This document shows positions 45,791 to 56,330 of a stretch of 64,000 nt of DNA, piece by piece. The translations under genes and the position numbers were made by a program. A model generated the notes under the pieces. It ran no database searches, had not been told where the DNA came from, and saw only the letters and a list, made by a program, of their open reading frames with translations. This stretch comes from the human T2T-CHM13v2.0 reference genome, Homo sapiens, in assembly GCF_009914755.1 (NCBI RefSeq), contig NC_060931.1. The stretch is one strand, 5' to 3'. Positions within the stretch are counted from its first letter, which is position 1. Each line of letters starts with the position of its first letter.

Positions 45791-47851
45791 TTTTTTTTTT
45801 AAGTATATAAAAACATTTATTCATTAGAAAACAAGGAGACTGGCAAACATATATTCCAAAGTGAAAGCAGCTCAATGCAGTTCAGTTAGGCTAATTTAAG
45901 AGAAAGGCCTTGCATTTTAAAGATCGTGTATGTATTTTTTTTTTTTTTCAAAAAAGGAGACAGGCAAATATTCTACAAGGGGAACAGAATTAGAATTCTA
46001 GGTCACCCTACAAGTTACCCTGCACAGGGAGGAAAGGAACAGGCAAGATGACTTCTCAGGATCTGTGCCTGCGAGCTGATGCTCTGAGAATGGGGGTTAT
46101 TTTCTTGGGTGTCCTGTCTTCTGTCATCTAGGCTAAAAAATCTTCCTCACTTGACTCATCACTTGAGAAGACAACTTTTGGTTTCTTTTCGGAAGCTCGC
46201 TGCTGGGTGTTCGGATGCCGATGGGTAGTACGACGGGGCTCTGGTGTGACGAAGTCATTGTCTGAGGCTGCAGAAGCCAGAGGCTGGTGCCTACAAACAG
46301 TGGATGGTTTCTTGGCTGTTGGGGCTCTCTGGCTACCTGCTTGGTTAATCTCAAGCTCCTCAATCCCATCCAAACCTCTGGCATGACAGGCCTGAAGCTT
46401 TTGCTCAAATTCATCTATTATAGCCTTGCCCTCAGGCTTGGCCCCATGTTGTAGCTTGCCCATAACTGACAAAAAAGAACTGAAGATGGACTCATCTGAC
46501 AGTTTATCTCCAAAACAGTCAAAATTGCCAAGCATCTTGCAAGGGCCTTGCTCTGTGAGGGGCAGCTGTGACACACAGTAGGCCAGGTCCTGCTGCACCT
46601 GCTCAGTTTAGGCTGTGTGGAACCGCTGACACAGCTTTTCCACCAGGCTTTGTCTGCTTGTCTTTGGTGATGATGTAGGAGAAGAACTGCTTCATAATGG
46701 TGTGAAAAGGCACTTCCTCCACCCCCAGCTCGGGGTCTGACAGGTGGCTGATGATATCTGGAAGGAGACTATAGATTGCATTGCCCTTGTGGAAGAGCTC
46801 ATTGAAGAACTTCTTGGCCAGGGCAGCAATTTGAGACTCAGGGTTGATGAGCAGCATGGCCATCTCACTCACCTGCCCCTTTACCTTCACCATGTCCTTG
46901 AGGATCAGGTGGAGTCATCACCAGCCCCACTGTTTTCCACACTGGCTGAGCAGGGTCCTGAAGGTGAGCATATAGATGAGGAGTCCAGGGGTCCACCAGA
47001 TTGGGAAAGTGGATGGCCAGATCCCCAGTGGCAACGATGAGATTAGACCGGACAATGGGAAGTGGAGACTTTTCTAGCATGGTGAACAGAAGATGAGGCT
47101 GGGAGTTGCAGAAAGTGGTACTGATCATGCAGAACTTGCCAAGGGTAGGTGAAGCAGCTGCAGAGAGGTCTGGGTTGCTATAGAGGCCTGAGTTGTTGTA
47201 GACTTTAAGCAAGAGTGGAACAAAGGCAGCCAGTGTCTGTTTGCCATCCAACAGTTCCATCTTGCAGAAGCCGCGGATTAGTTCTGCCTCCGTGTCATCT
47301 GCTGCCCCAACCAGCCCCAGCTCCTCCTCCATAGTGGTCTCGAAACTTGTATTCTTCTCCTTGGGATCTTTGGTCTTGTGCTCCTGTTCTTCCCGGAGAA
47401 CTCGGCGCTGACAGAGCTCTCCACTCACTGCCTGCTCCAAGTGGACCAGCTGCTGCAGAGCCACATCCCCAGCCAGGGACAAGAGGTTCATCAACAGGAA
47501 AGTGGGGAGCATTGTGGGAGACTCCTTCGGGTCCCCCTGACTGGTTCTCTTCTCTTCTAGCTTCTCCAGGGCCTGTTTTGCACAGCCCTGCCATATCTGG
47601 GCACAGATCACTGTGGGACTCTCTGCCAGTTGGTAAATGAGGGTCACTGCCACCTCTTTGAATGGGATCCAGAGTGGGTCTGGTGGACAAAGCCTTTCGG
47701 GACCGTCTCCCGCAGTCACTCAAACAACTTGTGTTCCTGAGGCAACTGGAAGTGGGGGTGACGTTTGCCCAGAGAAGTCTTTCTACTGTCAGAGATGTTG
47801 GCGATGGCATGGCACACCTGCTGGGCCAGCCGGTAGTCCTGTGGAAACTTC
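45791..47851 (-). pseudogene. NCAPD2P1: NCAPD2 (condensin I HEAT subunit CAP-D2) processed pseudogene, 5'-truncated
   Basis: Intronless match to the CAP-D2 C-terminal region (KFPQDYRLAQQVCHAIANISD, PDPLWIPFKEVAV, MVKVKGQVSEMA, KKPKVVFSSDESSEED...RRHRS-stop at 46056-46058). Frameshifts and nonsense codons (e.g. TAG 46128-46130). 3'UTR, AATAAA (~45816-45821), A-tail and perfect 13-bp TSD ggaagagagtttt (45782-45794 / 47852-47864). Confidence 0.96.
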
Positions 47852-47941
47852 GGAAGAGAGTTTTATTTTCTGCAACCGGTGACGGGGAGAAGGCCTGGAA
47901 ATTATTGCCAGACCAACTTAAAATTACAAAGTTTTCCAGAG

Positions 47942-47949
47942 CTTATATA
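47942..47949 (-). promoter_or_regulatory. TATA box of the LTR (TATATAAG on minus strand)
   Basis: Plus-strand cttatata, ~80 bp upstream of the LTR AATAAA, which is the usual U3-R layout. Activity unknown. Confidence 0.5.
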
Positions 47950-49229
47950 CCTTCCAAACTATATGTCTACGTGTAAGGTATGCATTCATCTAAAGATGTA
48001 AATGGTTAACTTCTTTTAATCTATAACCAAGGTCTGAGTCCTAAATACCTTCCTCTGGAGCCTCAGTAAATTTACTTAATCTAAATGGGTCCAGGTGCTG
48101 GGGGGATTACCCTTATCTTGTCTCCTGCTAAATTACAGAGGTTTTGGGAGTTCCTTCAGACCTCCAATAAACTTGTTTGTGGAGGCCTAAGGAGTTTCCT
48201 TAGACCCCCAGTGAAACTTGTTTAATCCTAAATGGGTCCTGTTAAGAATTCCTTTGTTATTTTGTCATGCCTTAAGTCCCAGGAAAGGCCTAGGTAAAAC
48301 TCTTGATGGGCTTTTGTTACATTCCAGCCTTCGTACAGGGGCACTGGCTTTTAATATTTAACTTAACCACTCAGTCAGTACTGAAAGAGTTGTCAGTGAC
48401 ACCTGGCCTGCCACAATTATGAGTGTCCAGAATTTTACTAGATGTTTGGGGGAAGGGGAATGAGAAGCCTGAATTAGGAATATTCTCCACGAGTCTCTCA
48501 CAATCTAGTTGGAAAGACTAGTAAACTCAATGACATATTAAATGATAAGTAAATGACAACCTGTGGTCCTTACTTCATGCCTTTGCACACACTGCTCTCT
48601 CTACCTGGATGCCCTTCTCTCACCTGATCTCTCCAGCAAAGCACTACTCATTCCTCAAGACACAAAGCTGAACAGGCACTCTGTGAAGCCTGCCTAGTCC
48701 GCTTGCTTCCTTCCCAGAAGATTTTGCCAATCATCCCTCTTTTGGACAAATATCGTGCAACACTGTATTTTAATTATTTCCCAACTCCCTGAAACACTAG
48801 AATGTGAGCAATTTGAAGATAGGAATGGAGTTTCCTTCCTTGCATTCTCAGCACATAGCATTGTGTCTGAAACCAAATAGTCAGCAATCAATAGTAATTG
48901 ATGAGTGTTTAAAGAAGCACTACAGGAAGTGGCAAAAATCAGGGTCCTCCAGGGCAACACGATGGGGACTTCACAGAGTGGGTGGAGCTTGTATTGGGCC
49001 TTAGAGGATGACTAACATTTGGAGATGCTGATGCTGCCAAAAGTAGAAAGATCAGGAGGAATAAAAGCCCAGAAATACGAGACTGTCTTCCCCAGTGTTT
49101 TATGGTGGTCCTAGATTCAAATATCCCATCATGTCACAACTTTGAAATGAGGAAAATACTTTCACCAAGAAGTTGAATGCTATTCTGAATTACAAACCCA
49201 GGTGAGTGCTCATCAAGAACAGAAGACCA

Positions 49230-49527
49230 GCCAGGTGTGGTGGTGCACGCCTGTAGTCCCAGCTATTCAGGAGGCTGAGGTGGGAGTATCACTTGAGCCC
49301 AGGAGCTCATAGTGCGCTATGTGGATCGGATGTTTGTACTAAGTTTGGCATCAGTATGGTTACCCCTATCCCAGGAGCAGGTGACCACTAGATTGCCTAA
49401 GGAAGCATGAACCAGCCCAAGTTGGAAACAGAGCAAGTCAAAATTCCCATGCTGATCAGCAGTGGGATTATGCCAGTGAACAGCCACTGCACTACAATGT
49501 GAGCAACATAAAGAGACGCCCCTGTCC
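49230..49527 (+). pseudogene. RN7SL132P: 7SL (SRP) RNA pseudogene
   Basis: Alu-domain ends plus the central S domain absent from Alu (actaagtttggcatca, ttgcctaaggaag, ggaaacagagcaagtcaaaattcccatgctgatcagcagtgggat), followed by an A-tail. Locus number from memory. Confidence 0.9.
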
Positions 49528-49546
49528 AAAAAAACAAAGAAGGAAA

Positions 49547-49660
49547 CCTGCAATCCGAGCACTTTGGGAGGCTGGGGAAGGAGGATTGCTTGAAGCCAGG
49601 AGTCCAAGACCAGCCAGGGCAACATGGCGAGACCCTGTCTCTACAAAAATAAAAATAAGT
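49547..49660 (+). mobile_element. 5'-truncated FLAM_C/AluJ left monomer directly behind the 7SL tail
   Basis: cctgcaatccgagcactttgggagg...ggattgcttgaagccaggagt...gagaccctgtctctacaaaaa. Confidence 0.8.
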
Positions 49661-50179
49661 TAAACATAAATAAAAAATTCTAAATGAATTTTAAAAAGAA
49701 AGAAAAAATAATAGAAGGCTTTGGGGATCAGGGCAGCCCAAAGGGATTCCTGGAGTTTCAAACACAAAATAGACATGAGAGACTTAATCTGGATGTCAGA
49801 CCAGCACTAGAAGAAAACCTGGACATTTTGAAGCCCTTAAATTCATAAAACTTTGACAGTTTCATGAACATTTGTTGAAACCTTGCCATGTCCAAGAAGG
49901 TCACCTAGGATCAGAACTTCCACCCATCTCCTCTTCTCCCCCTGTCCTTTTCTGAGGTCTACACCCCCTTTGTAGTAGGTGGTCAACTGGACACAGGACT
50001 AGGTTTATCAAAACTTGCTCTCGGGAAATAAAAATAAGACAAGAAATACAATATACACAAGAACACATGTTCTTGTACCTCAGTCTCTGAATAGCCTGTC
50101 TCTAGACTCTGTTTGATGTAAGAGTGGTTGCTTCTGAAAAAAGAACTGAGTGACTAACAATGGTTGGAGAAGGGTGCCT

Positions 50180-51460
50180 TTCTTAATTTTAGTTTTTATT
50201 ATTTTTATTGAAGTATGAAGTTCAATCCGGTGCACGCAAGTATCAGCTGATGAATTTTCACAAACAGAAGATACCAGTGTAACTAGCACCCAAATCAAGA
50301 AATGTTACCATCTGCCTCTATGCCCCCTCCTACCAATTCCCAGTACCACCTCTTCCCCCCACCAAGAGTAAGCCCTGAGGCCCAGACAGGCTTCACCTAA
50401 TTTTATATTTTATTTTTTCTTTTTATGAACAGCTTTATTAAAATATTCACATAACAATACAGTTCACCCATTAAAAGTATAAAACTGAGTGGCTTTTAAT
50501 ATATTCACAGATATGTATAACCATCACCAAAGTCAATTTTAAAATATTTTCATCACCTCAAAAAGAAGGCAAATACCTTTTAGCTATAACTCCCACCTCA
50601 CATCCTCCGTAACCCTAGCCAACTGCCAATCTACTTCCTATGTCTATGAAATTGCCAGTTCTCCACATTTCATATAAATGGAATCATGTAATATATTATC
50701 TTTTGTGACTGGTTTATTTCACTTAACACTTTCAAGGTTCATTTTTGTTGTAGCACGTATCCATATTTCATTTTTTATGGCTAAATAATATTCTATCATA
50801 TGGATATAGCACATTTTGTTTATCCGTTCATCAGTTGATGATTATTTCAGTGGTTTTTACCTTTTGGCTCTTAGGAATAAAATGCTGCTATAAACATTCA
50901 TGTACAACTTTCTGTGTGGACAGTTTTTTCTCTTGGGTATGTAACTAGAAGCAGAATTGCTGGGTCATATGGTAACACTGTGGTTAGCATTCTAAGCAAC
51001 TACAGTTTTATATTCCCACCAGCAGTGTACAAAGGTTTCAATTCCTCCTCATCCTCACCAACATTTGTTGTTTGGGGATTGTTCATTACAAATACATGAA
51101 ACAGTGGTTACCAGAGTCAGTCAGGGTGGGAGGGAGGAATGCAGAGATTTAGGTCAAGGATACAAAGTAGCAAATACGTAGAATGATTTAATTCTTTACA
51201 TAAATAGAACCTTACAGTATGTGTGCTTTTGTTTCTGACTTCTTTTGCTCAGCATTAGATTCAGGAGATTCATCAACATTGCTGCGTATAGTTGCAGACA
51301 GTTTACTATCCTTATTGAATGGTGTTCTACTGTGTGAACATACTACAGTTGCTTTTTTCATTCCACTAGTGGTGGGCATTTGGGTCATTTCCAGTTTAGG
51401 GCTACTATGAATACTGCTGCCTTGAACAGTCCAGGATACATCATTTTGTGAGCTGCTTAT
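50180..51460 (-). mobile_element. Nested old L1 3' fragments (L1MB within L1ME-like)
   Basis: Two sets of antisense 3'UTR motifs (tgatgaattttcacaaac...; atttcatataaatggaatcatg). Confidence 0.7.
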
Positions 51461-52255
51461 TTTTATTATTTGTGCTACCTGAATTTTGTATTATGTGCAG
51501 GTATTACTTTTTTTAAATGTCCTAAAAACACCTTTAAGGGCTTTTAAACTAGGATCAGAAACTTAGCTCCTTCCCTACTGACAAGCAGGCAGAAAAAAAA
51601 AATAATAGTAATAGCTAGTATTTACTGAATGCTCATTGAGCCACCTCTTTAGGGAAAAAAATCTTTTCATATATGTTTGCTTTTAATCCTCCAAATTACT
51701 CAAAGCCATAGGTATTCTCATTATGCCCATGTTAGACCTGCAGAAACTGAGACCGAAGGAGGTTAAATAACTTGTGCAAAACCATACAACTAGCAAGTAG
51801 GGAATCACAGTACAAATACAGGTCTCTGAATATAAAGCCTGTGCATTCACCCTCCAATTACACAGCCTCTGATTACACTCAGCTGGGAGTTCAGGGAGCC
51901 TGCTAGACATGGGGAGGAGAAGCTGAAATGAGAGCACCTGAAACTGCCAGCTCAGTCCAGCTCAACAGCTCGGATTGTTCTCCCCACCGCCCCCCTACTT
52001 CCTGTCCTAATTAATCAAATGCTCTTGAACATGAAAGAGAGTGAGATTGGATTTTTGTTAAGATGAAAGAAAGGAATCTGTTCCCATCTGGCACCTTCAA
52101 AACTCTCCTATTCAAGCCAGCAGGGAGCATTTATGCAACCTACATGGCAGTTTAATAATTCCCCAAGAATGCCAGGAGATTAAGCAATGTCACAACCGAT
52201 CTGGATCCACCGGCACTTGAGAATAATGGAAAGAGCAGGGGTCTAAGGTCTAGGA

Positions 52256-52545
52256 CAGGGGTCAACCAAATTTCTCTGTAAAGGCCCAGATATTAAATAT
52301 TTTAGGCTTTGCAGGTCCTATGATCTCTGTGTCAACTACCCAACTCTGGCATTGTAACATGAAAGCAGCCATGAGCAAACAGGCATGGCTGTGTAACTAA
52401 AACTTCTTTTATGGCACAGATATTTGAATTTCATATAATTTTCATGTGCCTGGGCATATATTTCTTTTTTAAAAAATATTTTCTAACCAGTAAAATATGT
52501 AAAAGTTATTCTTAGTTTGAAAGCTGCACAAAAATGGAGGACAAA
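52256..52545. mobile_element. MER58B-like hAT element
   Basis: caggggtcaaccaaatttctctgtaaaggcccagatattaaatattttaggctttgcagg. Confidence 0.75.
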
Positions 52546-53073
52546 GTCTAGCGACCTGAATTCAAATCCTCTCTCTGCCATTTGTTATTTCTGTGGCTTT
52601 CGACATATTACTTACATTCACTAAGCTTCATTTCTCTCTTGAGAAAATGAGCAGAGCAGGTGCCATGCATTCAGGGCCTCCCTTGTGGCTGGCACTGAGC
52701 CACATGCTTTATATGCTTTACTGAATTAAATCCTACAATAACCACAAAAGGCTGAAATTATATGATTGCCTTCTTCAGATAGTTACGATGATTAAGAAAT
52801 TATGTCTATAATTGTGCCTGAGCTGGCCTCCATAGTTCATTGAGTTTGATGCTTCCTGTTGTACGCAAAAATTGCCATGTTGGTTCGATGAGAGCATGCC
52901 TGCTTTTTCTACTACCTGTGGTGTTTTGAGTACCTATATTTGTATTGCACTTACAGTGAAAATTATCTAATTATATTATTCTATTTAATTACAATTGCAT
53001 CAAGCTCCAATAAACAATCCAAATTTCACTGAACTGAAAGTTGAGTGCACACTTTGAATAGTCACTCCTTCTG

Positions 53074-53144
53074 TTAGGTTGGTGCAAAAGTAATTGCCAT
53101 TACTTTTAGTAGCAAAAACAGCAATTACTTTCGCACCAACCTAA
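53074..53144. mobile_element. MADE1 mariner MITE with a 9-bp deletion in one arm
   Basis: ttaggttggtgcaaaagtaattgc...gcaattactttcgcaccaacctaa inverted repeats. Confidence 0.93.
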
Positions 53145-53654
53145 TATATATGTGCACAGTAGGCAGTTTGGCTCAGGTACACTTATTCAAAACATTGCAT
53201 TAAGTAAGATAATACATGTTAAATACCTAGCACACAGCCTGGGATGCAGGTGTCGGCCAGTGTTTGTTCCCCACTTCCTTAGTGACAAAGATTAGGCTTA
53301 GCTACTTTTTGGGAAAGGTGAGTGCCACCAGAAAGATGAGGCCAAGGCCTTATCAGACACACTGGAACACAGCCTTCCCAAGGAATAAATCCAGAATATT
53401 TTGTGTATGAGTTCTGGCTCTGAAGCCCAGCCTGTTCTTACACTGACCCCCCAGTTTCTGCCTTGATCAGCCACCCACTAGGCTGGGCATTGCTTCCTCT
53501 CACTCTGCTATCTAGTGACCCAACCTCGGCCCAACCCTCCAGCTTTCTTCTGGCCATGCGACTGTTCTGCTAGTCTGCTCCGCATATCTGCTCCTACCTT
53601 CCGATGCCTCCTCTGAGCTTTGGCTCCACTCCCCACTCAGCACAAACAACTTAC

Positions 53655-53735
53655 TTTGCCCCAGTATGGGGTACAACAGCTCAGACTCTTCTAGAGGTCT
53701 AATCCTGGACACCTCGTTTGCTTTATAAGCACAAT
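53655..53735 (-). ncRNA. NPSR1-AS1: Candidate 81-nt cassette exon of NPSR1-AS1/AAA1
   Basis: Acceptor ctcttctttccag|ATT; donor AAA|gtaagt; open and phase 1-1. Confidence 0.6.
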
Positions 53736-53789
53736 CTGGAAAGAAGAGTTTCATTGCTCAGAGCCCCTCAGGAAGCAGAAGAGGAGAGT

Positions 53790-54030
53790 GGTGAAGAGAG
53801 CATTCATCCTCTGGAATGACCATAACTGGTGTTTCAATCCCAGCTCCCCTCCATACTAATACTTGGGTGAGTTACTCACCAGGTCTATGCTTCAGTTTCT
53901 TCATCTGTAAAATGGAGGTTGTAAAAATATCATCTACCCCATAGGGTTATGGTGATGATTAAATTAGTTCTTCTATAGAAAGTGCCTGCAGCAGTGGTTA
54001 GCATGTGGTAGGCACTTTGTATGTGTTATC
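53790..54030 (+). mobile_element. MIR SINE containing the antisense microexon
   Basis: MIR core ttcagtttcttcatctgtaaaatgg, with ttcaatcccagctc upstream. Confidence 0.85.
53880..53904 (-). ncRNA. NPSR1-AS1: 25-nt MIR-derived microexon of NPSR1-AS1/AAA1 (ATG...MKKLKHRP)
   Basis: ctccattttacag|ATGAAGAAACTGAAGCATAGACCTG|gtgagt. Joins the core exon as MKKLKHRPAYVRR..., an AAA1 N-terminus I recall. Confidence 0.75.
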
Positions 54031-54188
54031 TGTTATGTCTGTTTGCTCTTACTAACATCTATATTTCTGAGTCCTAGACCTCCCCAGAGAGTGTGAAGTT
54101 CATGGTGTTTCATGGGAACAGATGTAAGCCCACTTGCTGAATCTCTCTCTGAGCTAATAATTAACAAATACATTGCACAGTAGCTTAC

Positions 54189-54275
54189 CAGGAAAGCCTA
54201 TACTGGTCTGAACAAGAAGAAACTTGCTGAACAATTCTAAAGCTCACTTCTCAATATAACAGCAGCCCTTGCTCA
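54189..54275 (-). ncRNA. NPSR1-AS1: Candidate untranslated leader exon of NPSR1-AS1 (start site uncertain)
   Basis: Donor CTG|gtaagc at 54188/54189, ~285 bp upstream of the microexon acceptor; no ATG in the preceding ~85 nt. Confidence 0.5.
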
Positions 54276-54379
54276 ACATGTTGCCCATATCTTCAGTACC
54301 GTGCAGAGGTCACAGCCATCATATTCTGCCAGCTCTTCCCCTATGGGTTGAGCAACCATATGTGTCTTCCCAACCAGGA

Positions 54380-55410
54380 CATTTTTCATTTTTAGCTTCT
54401 TGTTTTGACATAATTTCAGGTTTACAGAAAATCTTCAAGAGTAGTACAAATACCCCCATGTACCCTGTACACATATTCCTGAAATGTTAATATTTTTCAT
54501 ATTTGCTTTATCATTTCCTCTATCAGTCTATCTATAATACCTACCTATCTACCTATCCATCCATCTAAAAATGTCCCAGGTAATCAGCAAACCTGCTTTA
54601 AATGTCACCAATTATCCCAAGAACATCCTTTTTAGCACAAAAAACCCCGAATCATGTATTGTATTCAGTTGCCATGTACGTTTAGTGTTCTTTAACTTAG
54701 AACAGTTCCTTGGTCTTTCTTTGTATCTTATGACATCAACATTTTTAAATAGCATAGGTTAGATATTTTGTGGAGTTTCTCTCACTTTGGGTTTGTGTGA
54801 TGTTTCCTTCTGAATAGATTAAGGTTATGTGCTTTTGAGAGTTATACACCAGGAATGATGCTATGTTCCTCTTAGTATATAGTATCAGCAGACACAGTAT
54901 ATCAATTTGTCCCATTACTAGTGATGTTATTGTCAGATTTCTCCACTGTAAAGATACTATTTTTCCTTTTGCAACTGACAAGTATTTTAAGAGTACATAG
55001 CCATCCTGATACTCCTTAAACTTTCACTCACAGCACTTACCATACAGTGTAGATTCCTGTCTGAATCAATGCTATAAAGGTTTCCAAATGATGATTTTCT
55101 AATTTCATTATTTCTTCTATACTTATTAGCAGTCTCTCTACTTTAAGGAAGAAATTTCCCTTCTCTCCCATTTTTAAATTTACATCATAGGTTCTTCTTT
55201 TATTCTGTGGGTTATAATTTGTTGCCATAGTTATTTCTTTTTATGCCTAGATTGCTGACTGGGGTCAGCAAGAGCCCTACAATTTGGTGCGTGTTTCTGT
55301 TGACATGTTTCTCAGCATTTTTGGGCATGTCCTCACTTGCCAGCACAACATGATGTTCCAGGCTTATCTTGTCCTTTTCCCAGCCCCAGGCCAGGAATCA
55401 GCCATCTCCA
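54380..55410 (-). mobile_element. L1MC4-like 3' fragment
   Basis: ttgtattcagttgccatgt, tcagatttctccactgtaaag, atgttccaggcttatcttgt. Confidence 0.7.
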
Positions 55411-55539
55411 ATGAGCCAAGTAAAACCATGGCATATTTAAGAGAAAGGGCCACAGGCATAATCATGGCGGGTATAAACTGAAACTGACCTAGAAATGCTG
55501 GGTCATATTCCCAATCTACCACTAGATGTCCTTCCACAC

Positions 55540-55720
55540 CTCAATAGTTCTTCACAGGAAGCAGTCCTGGGGCATTTGGAAATGGTGGGATATTTGGAGT
55601 TATCACAAAGACTGGGGCAGCAGGGGTTACTTCTGGCATTTAGTAAGCACAGCCCAGGCATGCCAAATTTCCTGCACAGGACCATCTATCCTAACACAGA
55701 ATTGCCCCATAAGTAGCAAT
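55540..55720. mobile_element. MER20/MER3-like hAT fragment
   Basis: ggggcatttggaaatg...ttatcacaa..actgggg...ctggcatttagt. Confidence 0.55.
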
Positions 55721-56099
55721 CCTGTTAATAAATAGTGGCCCAATCCCTGAACTAATCTATCTTGTGTTCTAGTCTCTCAAGGATTGGCTTAGTTCTTTTC
55801 ACCTTATCCGCCATCAGTTAATTTAATCACCACTGTTTCCATAGTGAGAATCTAATATATTAGACTGATCAAGTGTGTTAATCAAATATATTGGATTAGC
55901 TGGCATGCATTATAGCAAATAAAATAGCCAGTCTTCATTTTAGATCTAGTTTAAAGAAAGCCTCTACTTCTTATGTGTCAATTTTTGCAGAAAACATTAT
56001 TCTAGCAAGTTGGCAAGGAGTCTAGGACTTATGTTAAGACACACCATCTCATCCCCAGTTCTTGCAGCTCTCTGTCTAGTTATTGGCCCTATTCATTGC

Positions 56100-56330
56100 A
56101 TCAGCACCAACAACAGCTACCCAGGTTTTATAGGGCAAGCATTTTACTAAACATTTTACATAAACTATCTCATTTAACCTTCACAGTAGCCCTATAAATC
56201 AGGCATTCTTATTACAATTTTACAAAGAGCCCTGGATTCCGTGTGGTCAGTAGCAAGCCCAAGATAGCACAGCTGTCATGTAGCAGAGCCAACATTCAAA
56301 ATCCCACAGTCGGGCTCCAGTAGCCATGCT
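56100..56330 (-). mobile_element. MIR SINE
   Basis: atctcatttaaccttcacagtagccct...attttaca...cccaagatagcacagct. Confidence 0.6.

Larger units (their letters stand above)
45711..48415 (-). mobile_element. PABL_A-type ERV1 solo LTR split by the NCAPD2 retrocopy (parts 45711-45794 and 47852-48415)
   Basis: Minus strand starts tgtggcaggccaggtgtcactgacaac...agtactgactgagtggttaagttaaatattaaaagc and ends ...ggtccaggaaca. The halves rejoin through the TSD ggaagagagtttt. Family name from memory. Confidence 0.8.

Noticed and set aside
46128-47810. NCAPD2-like ORFs as a functional gene
   Set aside because: Intronless, 5'-truncated, broken by frameshifts and stops, with A-tail and TSD; it is a processed pseudogene.
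50057-50076. Palindrome acaAGAACAcaTGTTCTtgt resembling a glucocorticoid/androgen response element
   Set aside because: The spacer is 2 nt, whereas steroid-receptor dimers need 3 nt.
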